From contig NC_068998.1 of assembly GCF_001194135.2 (NCBI RefSeq), positions 10,196,543 to 10,260,542 of the forward strand: a DNA stretch of 64,000 nucleotides, in the 5' to 3' direction. The position numbers were made by a program, and so were the translations under genes. Each line of letters begins with the position of its first letter. The first letter of the stretch is position 1. Source of the DNA: Octopus bimaculoides. Its lineage: Eukaryota. The notes beneath the pieces are model-generated. The model saw only the letters and a program-made list of their open reading frames with translations. It was not told where the DNA came from and ran no database searches. Shown here in pieces: positions 12,401-23,395 of this stretch.

Positions 12401-15400
12401 GTTCATATGTATAACACAACCATACCTGGGGTTGATTTCTTCAACTAAAAGGCAGTGCTCCAGCATGGCCACAGTCAAAATGACTGAAACCAGTAAAGGT
12501 TTAAAAGCGTATACCAAAGAGAAATATATTTGTAAATAACACTATTCCCAATACTCCCATACTCATCCCCTCCCATCAGAATCACCTGTAAAGGTAGCAA
12601 AGCAGAGAATATTACCTGTAAATCAGGCTGAGAGGTAACCCATCGACCAAACGACCCGAGGCAGGAGATCAAGTCGTATTTATGTGGTACTGGCCGAGAG
12701 AAATTTTCCTTTGTGAAGATGATATCATCTGTTTCTGTAAACATCCGTACTGTAAGTAGAGCAGAAAAAAAGGTGCATTTAAACTTTTCGTTGTTGTTAT
12801 TTACCATGAAGAGATCTCTGAAACAAAACTCCCTACAAAAATTAGACTTTATTCCATTTTGTTGATGTAAAAAAATTTCTGTTTTGCTTATTTTATGCTT
12901 AAAAAGTCCATGAGATGGATGCAGGTACAACTGTGTAGCTAAGAAGCTCCCTTTGCAGTCAAGTGGTTTCTAGTTTACTTTTACTGCATGGCACCTTAGG
13001 CAAGTGTCTTCTACTATAGCCCTCGGGTTAACCAAATCCTTGTGAGTGAACATGATAGAGGGAAAATGTGTGAGTCCATCATATATGTATGTTTTTGTGT
13101 GCCCCAGCCATTACTTGACAAATGGTGCCATGTAGTGGGACTGAACCAGAAGCCACTTGACTGCAAAATAAGCTTCTTAACCACACACTTGTACCTGCGT
13201 CCATTTCATGTCCCTTTACACATAAAAGGAACAAAAGAAAAATATAGGACCTGGTGTGATTTTTTGAGATATTTTTTAGGGAAAAAATACATTTTAGATG
13301 CTATCAAATACGGTAAGACTAAATGCAGTTATTTACTGTAAAAGGAATTTACAGTTGAATCTAATATAGTCCCTAGAAGGAACATTGATATAACTTTGTC
13401 CAGTAAACTTACCGCCATTGTCGATGATACAGTCAACTCCCAGACCCCCAGTCTCTTCCATCACACTGCTGCGTAACATACTCCCATGGCCACTCACATC
13501 GATTATTTGTGCTGAAAGGAGAGTAAATTATACACTGTTAAAAAAGAAGTTAGAGGATATCTTGAGCCAAGAGGCTAATTAAGCCAGAGCTTGTTCTAGG
13601 CTCCAAAGCATTTAAGTGAACGAAAGAATAAGACAACACCCTAAACAAGATGTCAGACTATTGCACGGTTAACTTTCCAGTTGCTACTGGTACATTTCCA
13701 GGTGACTGGACTGGACTGGAGCAACAAGAGATATATGTGTCCTTGCATATAGACACTGGCATAGCTGGAATCAGAGACTAACAAAACATCCAATTTTTGC
13801 TGTGTTGACCATTCAGCTTAGTTCCAGAAGATCAAGACAAATGACACTCTCGTCATCTCAAAGAACAGGTCACCTTATTCTGCTGTGCTGATTACTGGCT
13901 CTTGAACATTTTAAGTCATGGAATGGAAAAGCAGTGTGACACCATTCTGTGAACTCAGCCTTCCTTTTTAGAGCATAAAGATATATGTTTCATTGCCTGT
14001 CACCAGATTAAAATAAAATGTGTTTTCATCGGTTTCAAATGCTTCCAGCAGATCTGAGCAGACTTCCATACATTTTGCTTTCAAATCAGCTGTCAATTAC
14101 CAAAGTACCCAGTTTGCACAGGTTTTCTAATAACCAGTCTTTCACAATTTCCTGTAATGTCTTTTGACCATAGTCCAGTTATGCAGCAAGTTCACAAACT
14201 GCAACTTGTTTATCAAAGCATATCATTTCATCCACTTGTCAGCAATTGCAGCTGATGGCCTTACACTGTGTGGTTTATCTTCAATGCTGGTTTCCTTTTC
14301 TTTGAACTTCCTCCATCTGTACACATTGCTCTTGTCAATGGTGTCATCTTTGTAAACAACCCACAGCGTGGCCATAGTTCAATAGAACATGTAAATAAAA
14401 GATAAAAGACAATAAAATTGATAAGAATATGTTTTTAGAAAGAATGGAGTACCAAAGTGGAATAAGATTAACCATTATTTACCTAATGAAGGGATTGAAG
14501 ACTTTAAAAAATGTCGTTCTTCTGCAGAAGCCACAGTTGTAATAACCTAGAGAGATTTATAATATATATTAAAATATATTTTCTAAAATTCATGAAAAAT
14601 AATAGGATGTGTGATGCTTCCCACTGTCACTACTCTAAAGTTTATATTTCCCCACTGCAATTAATATTACAATTCAAAAGGTATTTTTTTTATTGGAATT
14701 TTAGCAAGATTTAGTGCTAAAGACACACTGTGGAAAAAATAGATGTATGGAATATGAAAATCCGGGCTCAAGGGGAGGTAATTCAGTGAGTATTATTCTT
14801 AAACATATACATACATGTTTATGTAGTATATACACACATACATGCATATATATTTATTTATTTATATAACCATCATCATCATTCGTCGGCATTTCACATC
14901 CACTTTTACATGCTAGCATGGACTGATAGGTTAACTGGTTAACTATCAGATTAATAATAATAATAATAATAATAATAACAACAACAATAACGATAATAAT
15001 AATAATAGTTTCAAAATTTGGCACAGGGCCAGCAATTACATTGATTCCAGTACTTATTTAATCGACCCTGAAAGGATGAAAGGAAAAGTTGACCTCAGTG
15101 AAATTTGAACTCAGATCATGAAAATGGATGAAATAATGCTAAGCATTTTGCCCGTCATGCTAACAATTCTGCCAGCTCACAGCTTTATAATAATAATAAT
15201 AATGGTTTAAAATTTTGCCACAAAGGCAGTCATTTTGGGGGAGGGAATGAGAAGATTACATCGTTTATTTTGGCATAATGACCCAAAGTACCACAAAAAA
15301 AAGGCATTTAATTATTTATTTCACTGAAACTAAAAATGAATTGTCTATACCTTTGCCCCCCAACTCAGGGCTAGCTGAATGGTAATACTGCCGAAAGTCG

Positions 15401-15747
15401 AGGCTCCATCCATTACAAGTATTGTGTCTCCAGCACAGAGTCGACAGAGGTAGTGAAGTGCAGTGTAAGCATGTAAGCAGTCACCGATGCCACAAGCAGC
15501 ATCTTCAAAACTCAGCATCTCAGGTTTCTTTACTATTAAGAAAGAAAGAAAGAAAAAAAGAATGTGAGAAATGATAATAGAATAAGATGTCATTAAAAAA
15601 TATAAGATTATAAAATATCTGACGCATTTGAACAGAGTACAAATGGTATAGTGTGTGTGTGTATAGATATATACACATATATATACATATGCATATGTGT
15701 GGTATGTGAATATGTATATATATGTATGAGTATATATGTATGTGTGT

Positions 15748-15799
<52 letters not shown>

Positions 15800-17172
15800 A
15801 TATGCGTGAGTATGTATATGTATACATGTATATATGAGTGTATATGTGTGTGTGTGTATATATATAACAAGAAAACAGGATGGTCATTACAGGAACACAT
15901 TTGATCAATACTGATCTTGGGGAAGATGGGGTGTTGAAACAACAACAACAACAAAATTGAAAACTAATAGAGAAACTCAGTTCTCTACTTACCAATGTCA
16001 TATTCATGGAATATACAATATTCGGCACAGCCAGAATTTATGCTGGAAAGCGGAACGACACCTGGAAATAAGAAAGAAGAAAACGCCTTTCAGTAAAAGA
16101 AGTTCAAATGTGAACTATAGCAGTGAGAAGTGACTTCCAAGAGGCGATTGAAAGGGTCAGTCCAAACCCTCCTTTAGTCTATTCTAACTATATTTCCGAC
16201 TTTCATGGTACTTCTTATATATTTTTCATGTTTTTAAATGAGTTGCAATGTCACTGGTGCCAAGCTGTATCGGCCTTTGCCTTCTGCTTGGATAATATCA
16301 GAGGCATAGAGAGGGGAGGCTGGTATGCGTGGACAACTGCTGGTCTTCCATAAACAATCATACCTGGGCTTGTGTCTTGGAGGGGAACTTTCTAGGAGCA
16401 ATCCCATGGTCATTCATAACCGAAGAGGGTCTACTCTTTACCCTGATACGCTAGAAATAGCAGCTATTCAAGTATTGTTGTTGTTGTTGTTGGCACTCTA
16501 TCGCTTACGATGTCGAGGGTTCCAATTGATCCGATCAACGGAACAGCCTGCTCGTGAAATTAACGTGCAAGTGGCTGAGCACTCCACAGACACGTATACC
16601 CTTAATGAAGTTCTCAGAGATATTCAGCGTGACACAGAGTGTGACAAGGCTGACCTCTTTGAATTACAGGCACAACAGATACAGGAAGAAAGAGTGAGAG
16701 AAAGTTGTGGTGAAAGAATACAGTAGGGTTCACTACCATCCCCTGCCGGAGCCTCGTGGAGCTTTAGGTGTTTTCGCTCAATAAAAACTCACAACGCCCT
16801 GTCTGGGAATCGAAACCGCGATCCTATGACCGCGAGTCCGCTGCCCTAACCACTGGGCCATTGCACCTCCACTATTCAAATATAACTTGAAGTTAAACAA
16901 CAAAACAACAACTATCTCAGCCTTATGCACTAATTTAATTGAATAAATCACATTGTTGTCATATTTAAAGTTAGATACTTACCTACAACAACATCCCCTT
17001 CTTTGAATGTCAAGACACCTTCCCCTACTTGAGTGATAACTCCAGCTACATCTCGACCCACAGCATAATGTTTCTGATCAGGATTTTTTCGGAATACTTC
17101 ATCAAGAACCTATCAATGTCAAAACATGAAGAAAAAAAAAAAAAGGCATAGGTCATATGGTCTGAAGGTTGT

Positions 17173-17205
<33 letters not shown>

Positions 17206-20201
17206 AAAAGAGTACTAGTTGAGTACCAGGTGTCCTCTACTATAGTTTGAGGTGACCAATGTCTTGTGAGCGAATTTGATAGATGAAAACTGTGTGGAAA
17301 CCTGAAGTACATATATGTGTGTATTTTTGTGTTTGTGTTTGTCCCACCACCATTAATTGACAACTGTTGTTGGTTTGTTTATGTCCCTGTATCTTAGTGG
17401 TTCAGCAAAAGAGACTGATAGAACAAGTAGATTTGACGAAAATCCTTCGAGGTGGTGCTCCAGCACAGCTGCAGTCCAATGACTGAAACAAGTAAAAGAT
17501 AAAAGCTGAAAGATAACCCCTGACTCCCACCCTCCNNNNNNNNNNNNNNNNNNNNNNNNNNNNNNNNNNNNNNNNNNNNNNNNNNNNNNNNNNNNNNNNN
17601 NNNNNNNNNNNNNNNNNNNNNNNNNNNNNNNNNNNNNNNNNNNNNNNNNNNNNNNNNNNNNNNNNNNNNNNNNNNNNNNNNNNNNNNNNNNNNNNNNNNN
17701 NNNNNNNNNNNNNCAACAATAACAAAATAGATACCTTCTGGTTGATGGGACTCAGAGCTGAGGTTTTGACCTTCACTTGAACTTCATTTTTGCCAGGAGA
17801 TGGAACTGGCAGCTGAAGATGAAGAAAATATAAAACACATGAATTTTGTTTATGAAACACTAATTATTTTTTATTATTATTTTTTATTGCCCACAAGGGG
17901 CTAAACATAGAGGGGACAAACAAGGACAGACAAATGGGTTAAGTCGATTACATCGACCCCAGTGTGTAACTGGTACTTAATTTATCGACCCCGAAAGGAT
18001 GAAAGGCAAAGTCCACCCGGAACCATGTGGTTAGTAAGCAAGCTACTTACCACACAGCCACTCCTGCACCCATATACACATATATAAAAGATAGGTGCAG
18101 GTGAGATTACAAGAGGCACAGGTGTGGATGTGTGGTTAAGAAGATTGTTTCTCGACCATGTGATCTCAGATTCAGTCCAACTGTGTAGTATCTTGGAGAA
18201 ATGTCTTCTACCATAGGCCTTGGTAGAGTAAAGCTTTGTGAGTGGATCTGGGAGACAGAAACTGAAAGACGGCGAGCTGGCAGAAACGTTAGCACGCCAG
18301 GCGAAATGCTTAGCGGTATTTCGTCTACCGTTACATTCTGAGTGCGGGATGCATAACCATTTTGTTCAAAACAATATAGTGAATACATAAAAAATAAAGA
18401 CAACCAACATATTTATTTACCAAAGAGTTATCAAAGAAGGCGACGTTTAGCAATAAGATAGTTATACCACACTTAGTATGCACATATCCGAATCTCACAA
18501 ACTAAGCATCAAAAAAGGTAAGTGAGATTTGTGTAACTGGTGTTTAGCTTTGAAGATATCATTAATATTTGCTTAGGAATTGCTGCATCCAACCAAGAGA
18601 ATTGCTTTCAAATGTTCATCAGTCGACCTTGTTCAATGTGCTGACTTCACATCCTTCATTATTGAAGATGTTTGAGCACAGACATAAGTTGTTCTAAACA
18701 CTGTTGCCATACCAAATGCAAACGAACAATCATTGCTGGAACTTACACAAAAGATACAGGGCGGCGGCGGGCCTGATGAACTGCCCTTGCGGGCCGGAGT
18801 CTGGTGACCCGTGCTTTAGAGGAAAAAGGTTGTAAACTAGAAGGCTTTGCTTTCCAGTTTATTTGATATCACAAAAGCTCATTTTCTTTGAGGAAACGTG
18901 ACACCGTACCAGTGATTACAATTAATTCACTTTGTTGCAGGTGCAAAACAACAACAACAACAACAAAGTTATGGCTTTCATAGGAGTAAGGTCAGGATAA
19001 CGGAAAAACAAGTCAAAAAGTGTTGTGAAGACAAGTTATTGTCACAGAGAAAATCCTGAGTGTTGTTGTGAATGTTGGTAGAGGCTATTTTCAGATAGTG
19101 TGAATTCGTCAACGCCCCTTTTGTTTTGCATTAAGCACGGCTCTGCGTTTTCGAAGTTGTATTTATTTAGCAAGTAGTTTAAATTAGAAATCATATGTTG
19201 AAACTGAAATAAGTACGTCGTGGAAACATTACAACAACCTTTTAAAACACACATCAACCGTTATATTAAAATACTATACAAGGTGTTAGTAGTATTTCGT
19301 CGTACATCTACGTTCTCGACACTAACGGATGTCAGTGGCTAATGAGTCTTCCTCACAAATTGCAGTATGGTTATGTATTATACTTCTTACGTAAAAGAAT
19401 GATACACGATTGGGAAATCATACACATTACAAATACATTCTAAAGGTGTTCTGAAGAATTTCAGTGAATATGCGGAAATAAAGCGATGCAGTGCAATAAA
19501 TAAATGTGCGGGAGGGAGAAGAAAAGAAACAGAATTATGTTAAATTCTTTTGTCTGAGCATCAAACTATACAACTGGCATGAACGGGTTCATTGATCCAG
19601 CCAGTATGCTACGGGTATTTACTGTATTGAACTAATAATAGAAGGTGGAGGTGGTTAATAGTAACAGTACAGCTTCGGAACAGGGCTTAGAATATTTGCT
19701 TTCGTGTTTTTAAGTGTCATGTTCAAGCCGTACGGTATTGTCTCGGCCTTTAGCCCCGATGCAGTCGAGAAATTAGTACCAGTGGCATGCCGTGACCGAT
19801 TCAATCGATCATGTGGTACCACTTACAAAAAGAAAAAAAGGCGATCTTTCGAGATCGCCGATATGTTTAAATAAAAAGAAAAGAATACACAGTGTTTGTG
19901 AATGTGTGTGTGTGTATATGTATATATATAATCCTCCTCTAGTTATAAGTAAATTCACAAGCTATTGTATGGGCAATCTATTATAAATCAATCAATACCA
20001 CAACTGTTGCCATGTTTTAAATATTAACAGGAAGATGGAAAACTCGATCACTTTGACACAAGAAATAAACACTTATAATAACAATAATTAAAATGATAAC
20101 AATATCAGATCGTAATATAAACAACTCACATCGGTCTCAAGAACATATTTTGATGTTTCTTCGTCTGAATTAACAACAGATTGCCAAAACACGGCTTTCA
20201 T
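6098..20201 (-). CDS. CRYZL1: Quinone oxidoreductase-like protein 1 (zeta-crystallin-like, FERRY complex subunit Fy-4), complete 11-exon CDS: join(complement 20130-20201, 17735-17812, 16983-17109, 15993-16061, 15351-15532, 14483-14546, 13413-13511, 12616-12749, 10311-10416, 9611-9656, 6098-6194); 1074 nt = 357 aa + stop
   Basis: Exons (72,78,127,69,182,64,99,134,106,46,97 nt) splice in frame with matching phases. The protein is colinear with human CRYZL1 as recalled: HAYTALHYL, MDGASTFGSITIQLA, EETGGLGVD, PHKYDLISCLG, LQLDPPDS, C-terminal VQF*. Confidence 0.95.
9070..9470 (+). mobile_element. SINE family A copy, CpG-decayed, in CRYZL1 last intron
   Basis: Same layout as 22998-23395 with many CG->TG/CA changes. 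Confidence 0.85.
9611..9656 (-). CDS. CRYZL1: CRYZL1 coding exon 10 (HILCDAVDKLDRGLLK)
   Basis: AC acceptor after the U12 branch site, donor AA|gtaagt, 46 nt; aligns to human CILKDVMEKLSTGVFR as recalled. Confidence 0.9.
9657..10310 (-). other. CRYZL1: U12-type (minor spliceosome) AT-AC intron, 654 nt, phase 1
   Basis: 5' end ATATCCTTTTT (consensus RTATCCTTT). Branch motif TTTCTTAAC at 9674-9666, then ATTTCATAC| at the 3' end. Splicing at these ends restores the frame RYK-H-ILCDAVDKL. Confidence 0.93.
10311..10416 (-). CDS. CRYZL1: CRYZL1 coding exon 9 (LDPPDSRELFLRSGSLCFLFDSIWTMSYSQHGRYK)
   Basis: Acceptor tttatctttattcag|, 106 nt, followed by the U12 donor |ATATCCTTT. Confidence 0.93.
11760..12410. 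mobile_element. RTE LINE pieces: plus-strand 5' region (~11760-12240) and minus-strand 3' fragment (~12240-12410)
   Basis: VRLESWNMG resembles the APE-domain start (GSWNVG); opposite strand ERTCERGRLRKAWDEVVR. Confidence 0.55.
12616..12749 (-). CDS. CRYZL1: CRYZL1 coding exon 8 (VRMFTETDDIIFTKENFSRPVPHKYDLISCLGSFGRWVTSQPDLQ)
   Basis: Acceptor ctctacttacag|, donor CAG|gtaata, 134 nt. Confidence 0.94.
13413..13511 (-). CDS. CRYZL1: CRYZL1 coding exon 7 (AQIIDVSGHGSMLRSSVMEETGGLGVDCIIDNG)
   Basis: Acceptor ctctcctttcag|, donor G|gtaagt, 99 nt; EETGGLGVD motif. Confidence 0.95.
13750..14365 (-). mobile_element. Mariner transposase relic in CRYZL1 intron 6
   Basis: Decayed translation VYKDDTIDKSNVYRW.KFKE..TSIEDKPHSVRPS ... 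LTADLKAKCMEVCSDLL ... NLVTGNET (cf. mariner IVTGDET). Confidence 0.8.
14483..14546 (-). CDS. CRYZL1: CRYZL1 coding exon 6 (VITTVASAEERHFLKSSIPSL)
   Basis: Acceptor tctctctag|, donor G|gtaaat, 64 nt, phase 0/1; bridges exons 5 and 7. Confidence 0.88.
15351..15532 (-). CDS. CRYZL1: CRYZL1 coding exon 5 (VKKPEMLSFEDAACGIGDCLHAYTALHYLCRLCAGDTILVMDGASTFGSITIQLALSWGAK)
   Basis: Acceptor ttctttcttaatag|, donor AAG|gtatag, 182 nt; start of the Rossmann fold, strong CRYZL1 match. Confidence 0.96.
15993..16061 (-). CDS. CRYZL1: CRYZL1 coding exon 4 (GVVPLSSINSGCAEYCIFHEYDI)
   Basis: Acceptor ttctttcttatttccag|, donor G|gtaagt, 69 nt, phase 1/1. Confidence 0.92.
16490..16870 (-). mobile_element. SINE family C (tRNA-derived head gaggtgcaatggcccagtggttagggcagcggactc)
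   Basis: Near-identical to 20992-21305 (+, internally deleted); fragments at 2660-2745 and 42810-43135. Confidence 0.88.
16983..17109 (-). CDS. CRYZL1: CRYZL1 coding exon 3 (VLDEVFRKNPDQKHYAVGRDVAGVITQVGEGVLTFKEGDVVV)
   Basis: Acceptor ttgatag|, donor G|gtaagt, 127 nt; MDR motif GRDVAGVITQVG..V..F..GD.V. Confidence 0.93.
17735..17812 (-). CDS. CRYZL1: CRYZL1 coding exon 2 (LPVPSPGKNEVQVKVKTSALSPINQK)
   Basis: Acceptor ttcttcatcttcag|, donor AAG|gtatct, 78 nt; MDR-family GroES-like motif. Confidence 0.93.
18490..18813 (-). mobile_element. hAT (Charlie/GTF2IRD2-like) relic: C-terminal dimerisation domain plus one terminus
   Basis: FRTTYVCAQTSSIMKDVKSAH*TRSTDEHLKAIL; terminus cacgggtcaccagactccggcccgc next to 8-mer ctttagag (resembles NTCTAGAN target). 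Confidence 0.75.
20130..20201 (-). CDS. CRYZL1: CRYZL1 coding exon 1 (MKAVFWQSVVNSDEETSKYVLETD)
   Basis: caagATG start, 24 codons, phase-0 donor GAT|gtgagt; resembles human N-terminus MKGLYFQQSSTDEE. Confidence 0.88.
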
Positions 20202-20991
20202 CTTGACCGGTGTCGTGGGAATTTGTGTATCGGTTTTCAAAATGTGCTGAAAGCTTGTCAGAATCCTCTCGTTGAAACGTTCTCTTTCTCACCGAATTCT
20301 TAACTCTTATTAATGAATAATTGAATTAAAAAAAAAGAATTTATTATATGTGTCTAAAAAAAAATGTAGCATTTCATTTATCCGGTTCGCAGTCTATTTT
20401 TTTCTGAACTTCCGATATATTCTAATTATACAAGTTTATATAGTGATCTAGCTACCAAATCTCGCTCAAATAACAATTGTTCTAAGAAAAGATAATGTAG
20501 TTGATAATGTAGCTCTCTGTATATATATCTAGAAAAGAAAACAAAGATGAGATGTTTACGACTGGAACGTCTTTAATAACAACAGATTTATTTATTAAGT
20601 TTGATTATGTTTGCTGACTGTTTTATGTTAGGCCTAAGAGAAAAAAGTTATTCTTAAAGAGTTGATTCTAAGGAACCTAGTAATTTCTGCCCTGCAAAAT
20701 TTAAGGCAATCTTAAGTATAACTTTGTCAAACAGTTTTTTAAGGTTAGCTATAATTTCTATAGAAAATCTGTAGAGATAACAGCCTTAGTCACACGCTGA
20801 GCCAAATACCACTTGGCCACACACCTTAACTAATAAAGAACATGCACGCACGTACGCTCGCACGCACGTACGCTCGCACGCACACACGCACACACACACA
20901 CACAGAAGGAATGCGCCTCAACGTTGCCCGGGTGTTATGACCTACAGCGACATTATATTATTTGTTCTTTTCTTATCGGTAGAATGAAGTG

Positions 20992-21305
20992 GAGGCGCAA
21001 TGGCCAAGTGGTTAGGGCAGCGGACTCGCGGTCATAGGATTGCGGTTGTGAGTGTTAATTGAGCGAAACACCTAAGTTCCACGTGGCTCCAACAGGGAAT
21101 GGTGGCGAACCCTGCTGTACTCTTTCACCACAACTTTCTCTCACTCTTTCTTCCTGTTTCTGTTGTGCCTGTAATTCAAAGGGGCCAGCCTTGTCACACT
21201 CTGTGTAACGCTGAATATCCCCGAGAACTACGTTAATTTCACGAGTAGGCTGTTCCGTTGATTGGATCAACCCTCGTCGTTGTACGCGACGGAGTGCCAA
21301 CAGCA
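20992..21305 (+). mobile_element. SINE family C copy with internal deletions
   Basis: gaggcgcaatggccaagtggttagggcagcggactcgcgg ... gacggagtgccaacagcaac. Confidence 0.85.
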
Positions 21306-22997
21306 ACAGCGAAGACAGCTATTCTTTATAAACATGTTTTTCGGTCATTTTCTGATGAACAACGCTGCAGTTTCCGTCTACCAAATTCAGTCACAAGTAG
21401 AATGCACTTGCCCAAGGTACCACACAGTCATTCTTGCTCCAAATGCACGCGCGCGCATGTATTGATAAAAGTTGCCAGAGTTGCCTCCCTTAGCTAAAGG
21501 CTTCAAAATTATGCGACCCGACCTTATTTTCGAGGTTAATTTTGTAGTAAAAAAAAGAGAGTTATTGTGCAAAAGGTATAGTTTATTTGGTAGCCGAAAG
21601 ATTACCGAATCTTTTGATACCTCATACGTCAAAATTGGCAACATAGGTGTACACGTACCACACACGCACGCACACACACACGCATGCGCGCACATTCTTG
21701 TTGTAAATGCTCCTTCAAGATAAATTTCTAAATGAACATCATGTGTCTGTAAATCTCTGAGGTCTGAAGTGGCTGAGTTAAAAAAAGATTAATCAATAAT
21801 TGTAGTTGGCGTTGAGGTTTGCCGTTAAGTTATTGTTGAAGCGACTATCTGAAGTAGTTTCGAATTCTCCTCCAGTTAATGTCACCTTATTTAACTTTTT
21901 TGTAGACACACACGTACACGCACGCACACACACACACACACACACAAATCGTGTTCCCTAAACAAATTCAAGGTAGAATGTTGTGCTGAAAAATAAAAAA
22001 TAATTAAGATATATAGAAACAAATAATTATCATAAATATTGATTGCTAACATTGGCACAAGGTCACAGATTTTCAGGAGCAAAGAGTATATAGAAGTATT
22101 GATCTGGTCCAGATCAAAAGCCAACTTAGATGAGATTTGAACCGTAAACCTAAAGGGACGTAACTCCATGTACTATAAAGACAAAAATTATAATTCTTAG
22201 ATGAGAATTGTCGGAAGAAACCTCAACAGCGAGTAGATAACTGAGAATTAAACGCACTAGACTAGTTGTTTTACTGCACCTGTAACTCTAAACTTTACCT
22301 GTCCTGTTGAAGAAATCCGATTGAGTTCAACGACATACAACGAAGTTATTGAAACAACTCTCATGCATGCACGCATGTATGTATGTGTCTATCTTATTGA
22401 TAAAGTGAATTTTATGTTAATGAAATAAATGTAAATATAAGTTGAGAGTTAAGTTCAGTGTCGGTGCTGACTGAGCAGATATGTGATCGAAGACAGTCCA
22501 GCTATGACTATCATGTCATATTTTGTTCTAGACGTTGTGTACCTCGAACTACATTGACTAGTGTGTCTTTTTTTAATTTTTTTTTATAAGACAACAGAAT
22601 ATAACTTGGCTGCTATTTCTAGTCGATCGAATGGCCACATAGGAACTCCTTGTCGTTCGACTTGTGATCAATCCTGAACTCGCAAGTCCGATGACCAAAG
22701 CCTTTCAACTGAGACCATTTCCCACAATAGAGAGTATTAAGTCTTGAATAATCCAGTATCCTCCCCCCACTTTCAAAGCTGCAATGAAATGTAGTGATAT
22801 GAATGAGAAGATTTTACTGCCATCCGTTCTAGCATCTTAGAACAAGCATGGGTAACCTTTTCCCCCGAAGCGAGCCGCATGAGATATGACCCTTCATTAG
22901 TCCAGTCGTATCTCTCAAAATAAAATTGAAGATAATATTTCGTTATGCGTGCTATTCAGAAAGTCCTCCGGGTCGCACGTTGACCATGACTAATCAA

Positions 22998-23395
22998 GTG
23001 GCTGTGTGGTAAGTAGTTTGCTTACCAACCACATGGTTCTGGGTTCAGTCCTACTGCGTGGCACCTTGGGCAAGTGTCTTTTACTATAGCCTCGGGCCGA
23101 CCAAAGCCTTGTGAGTGGATTTGGTAGACGGAAACTGAAAGAAGCCTGTCGTATATATGTGTGTGTGTGTGTATGTGTGTGTGTGTGTATGTTTGTGCGT
23201 CTGTATTTGTCCCCCCAACATCGCTTGACAACCGATGCTGGTGTGTTTATGTCCCCGTAACTTAGCGGTTCGGCAAAAAGAAACCGATAGAATAAGTACT
23301 AGGCTTACAAAGAATAAGTCCTGGGGTCGATTTACTCGACTAAAAGGCGGTGCTCCAGCACGGCCGCAGTCAAATGCCTGAAACAAGTAAAAGAG
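22998..23395 (+). mobile_element. SINE family A (tRNA-derived, CORE-like ccttgggcaagtgtctt motif, internal (TA/TG)n), full-length CpG-intact copy
   Basis: A/B-box-like head gtggctgtgtggtaag...gggttcagtcc, tail gactgaaacaagtaaaaga. Other copies: 440-660(-), 5730-5895(-), 6245-6645(-), 9070-9470, 12915-13160, 17215-17500, 33440-33830(-), 35815-36510(-), 46380-46770(-), 46850-47420, 53680-53905, 60620-60740, 63255-63590. Confidence 0.9.

Noticed and set aside
22845-22992. Possible hAT-type MITE (agcatgggtaacct ... acgttgaccatgact)
   Set aside because: Arms too degenerate and no matching 8-bp TSD
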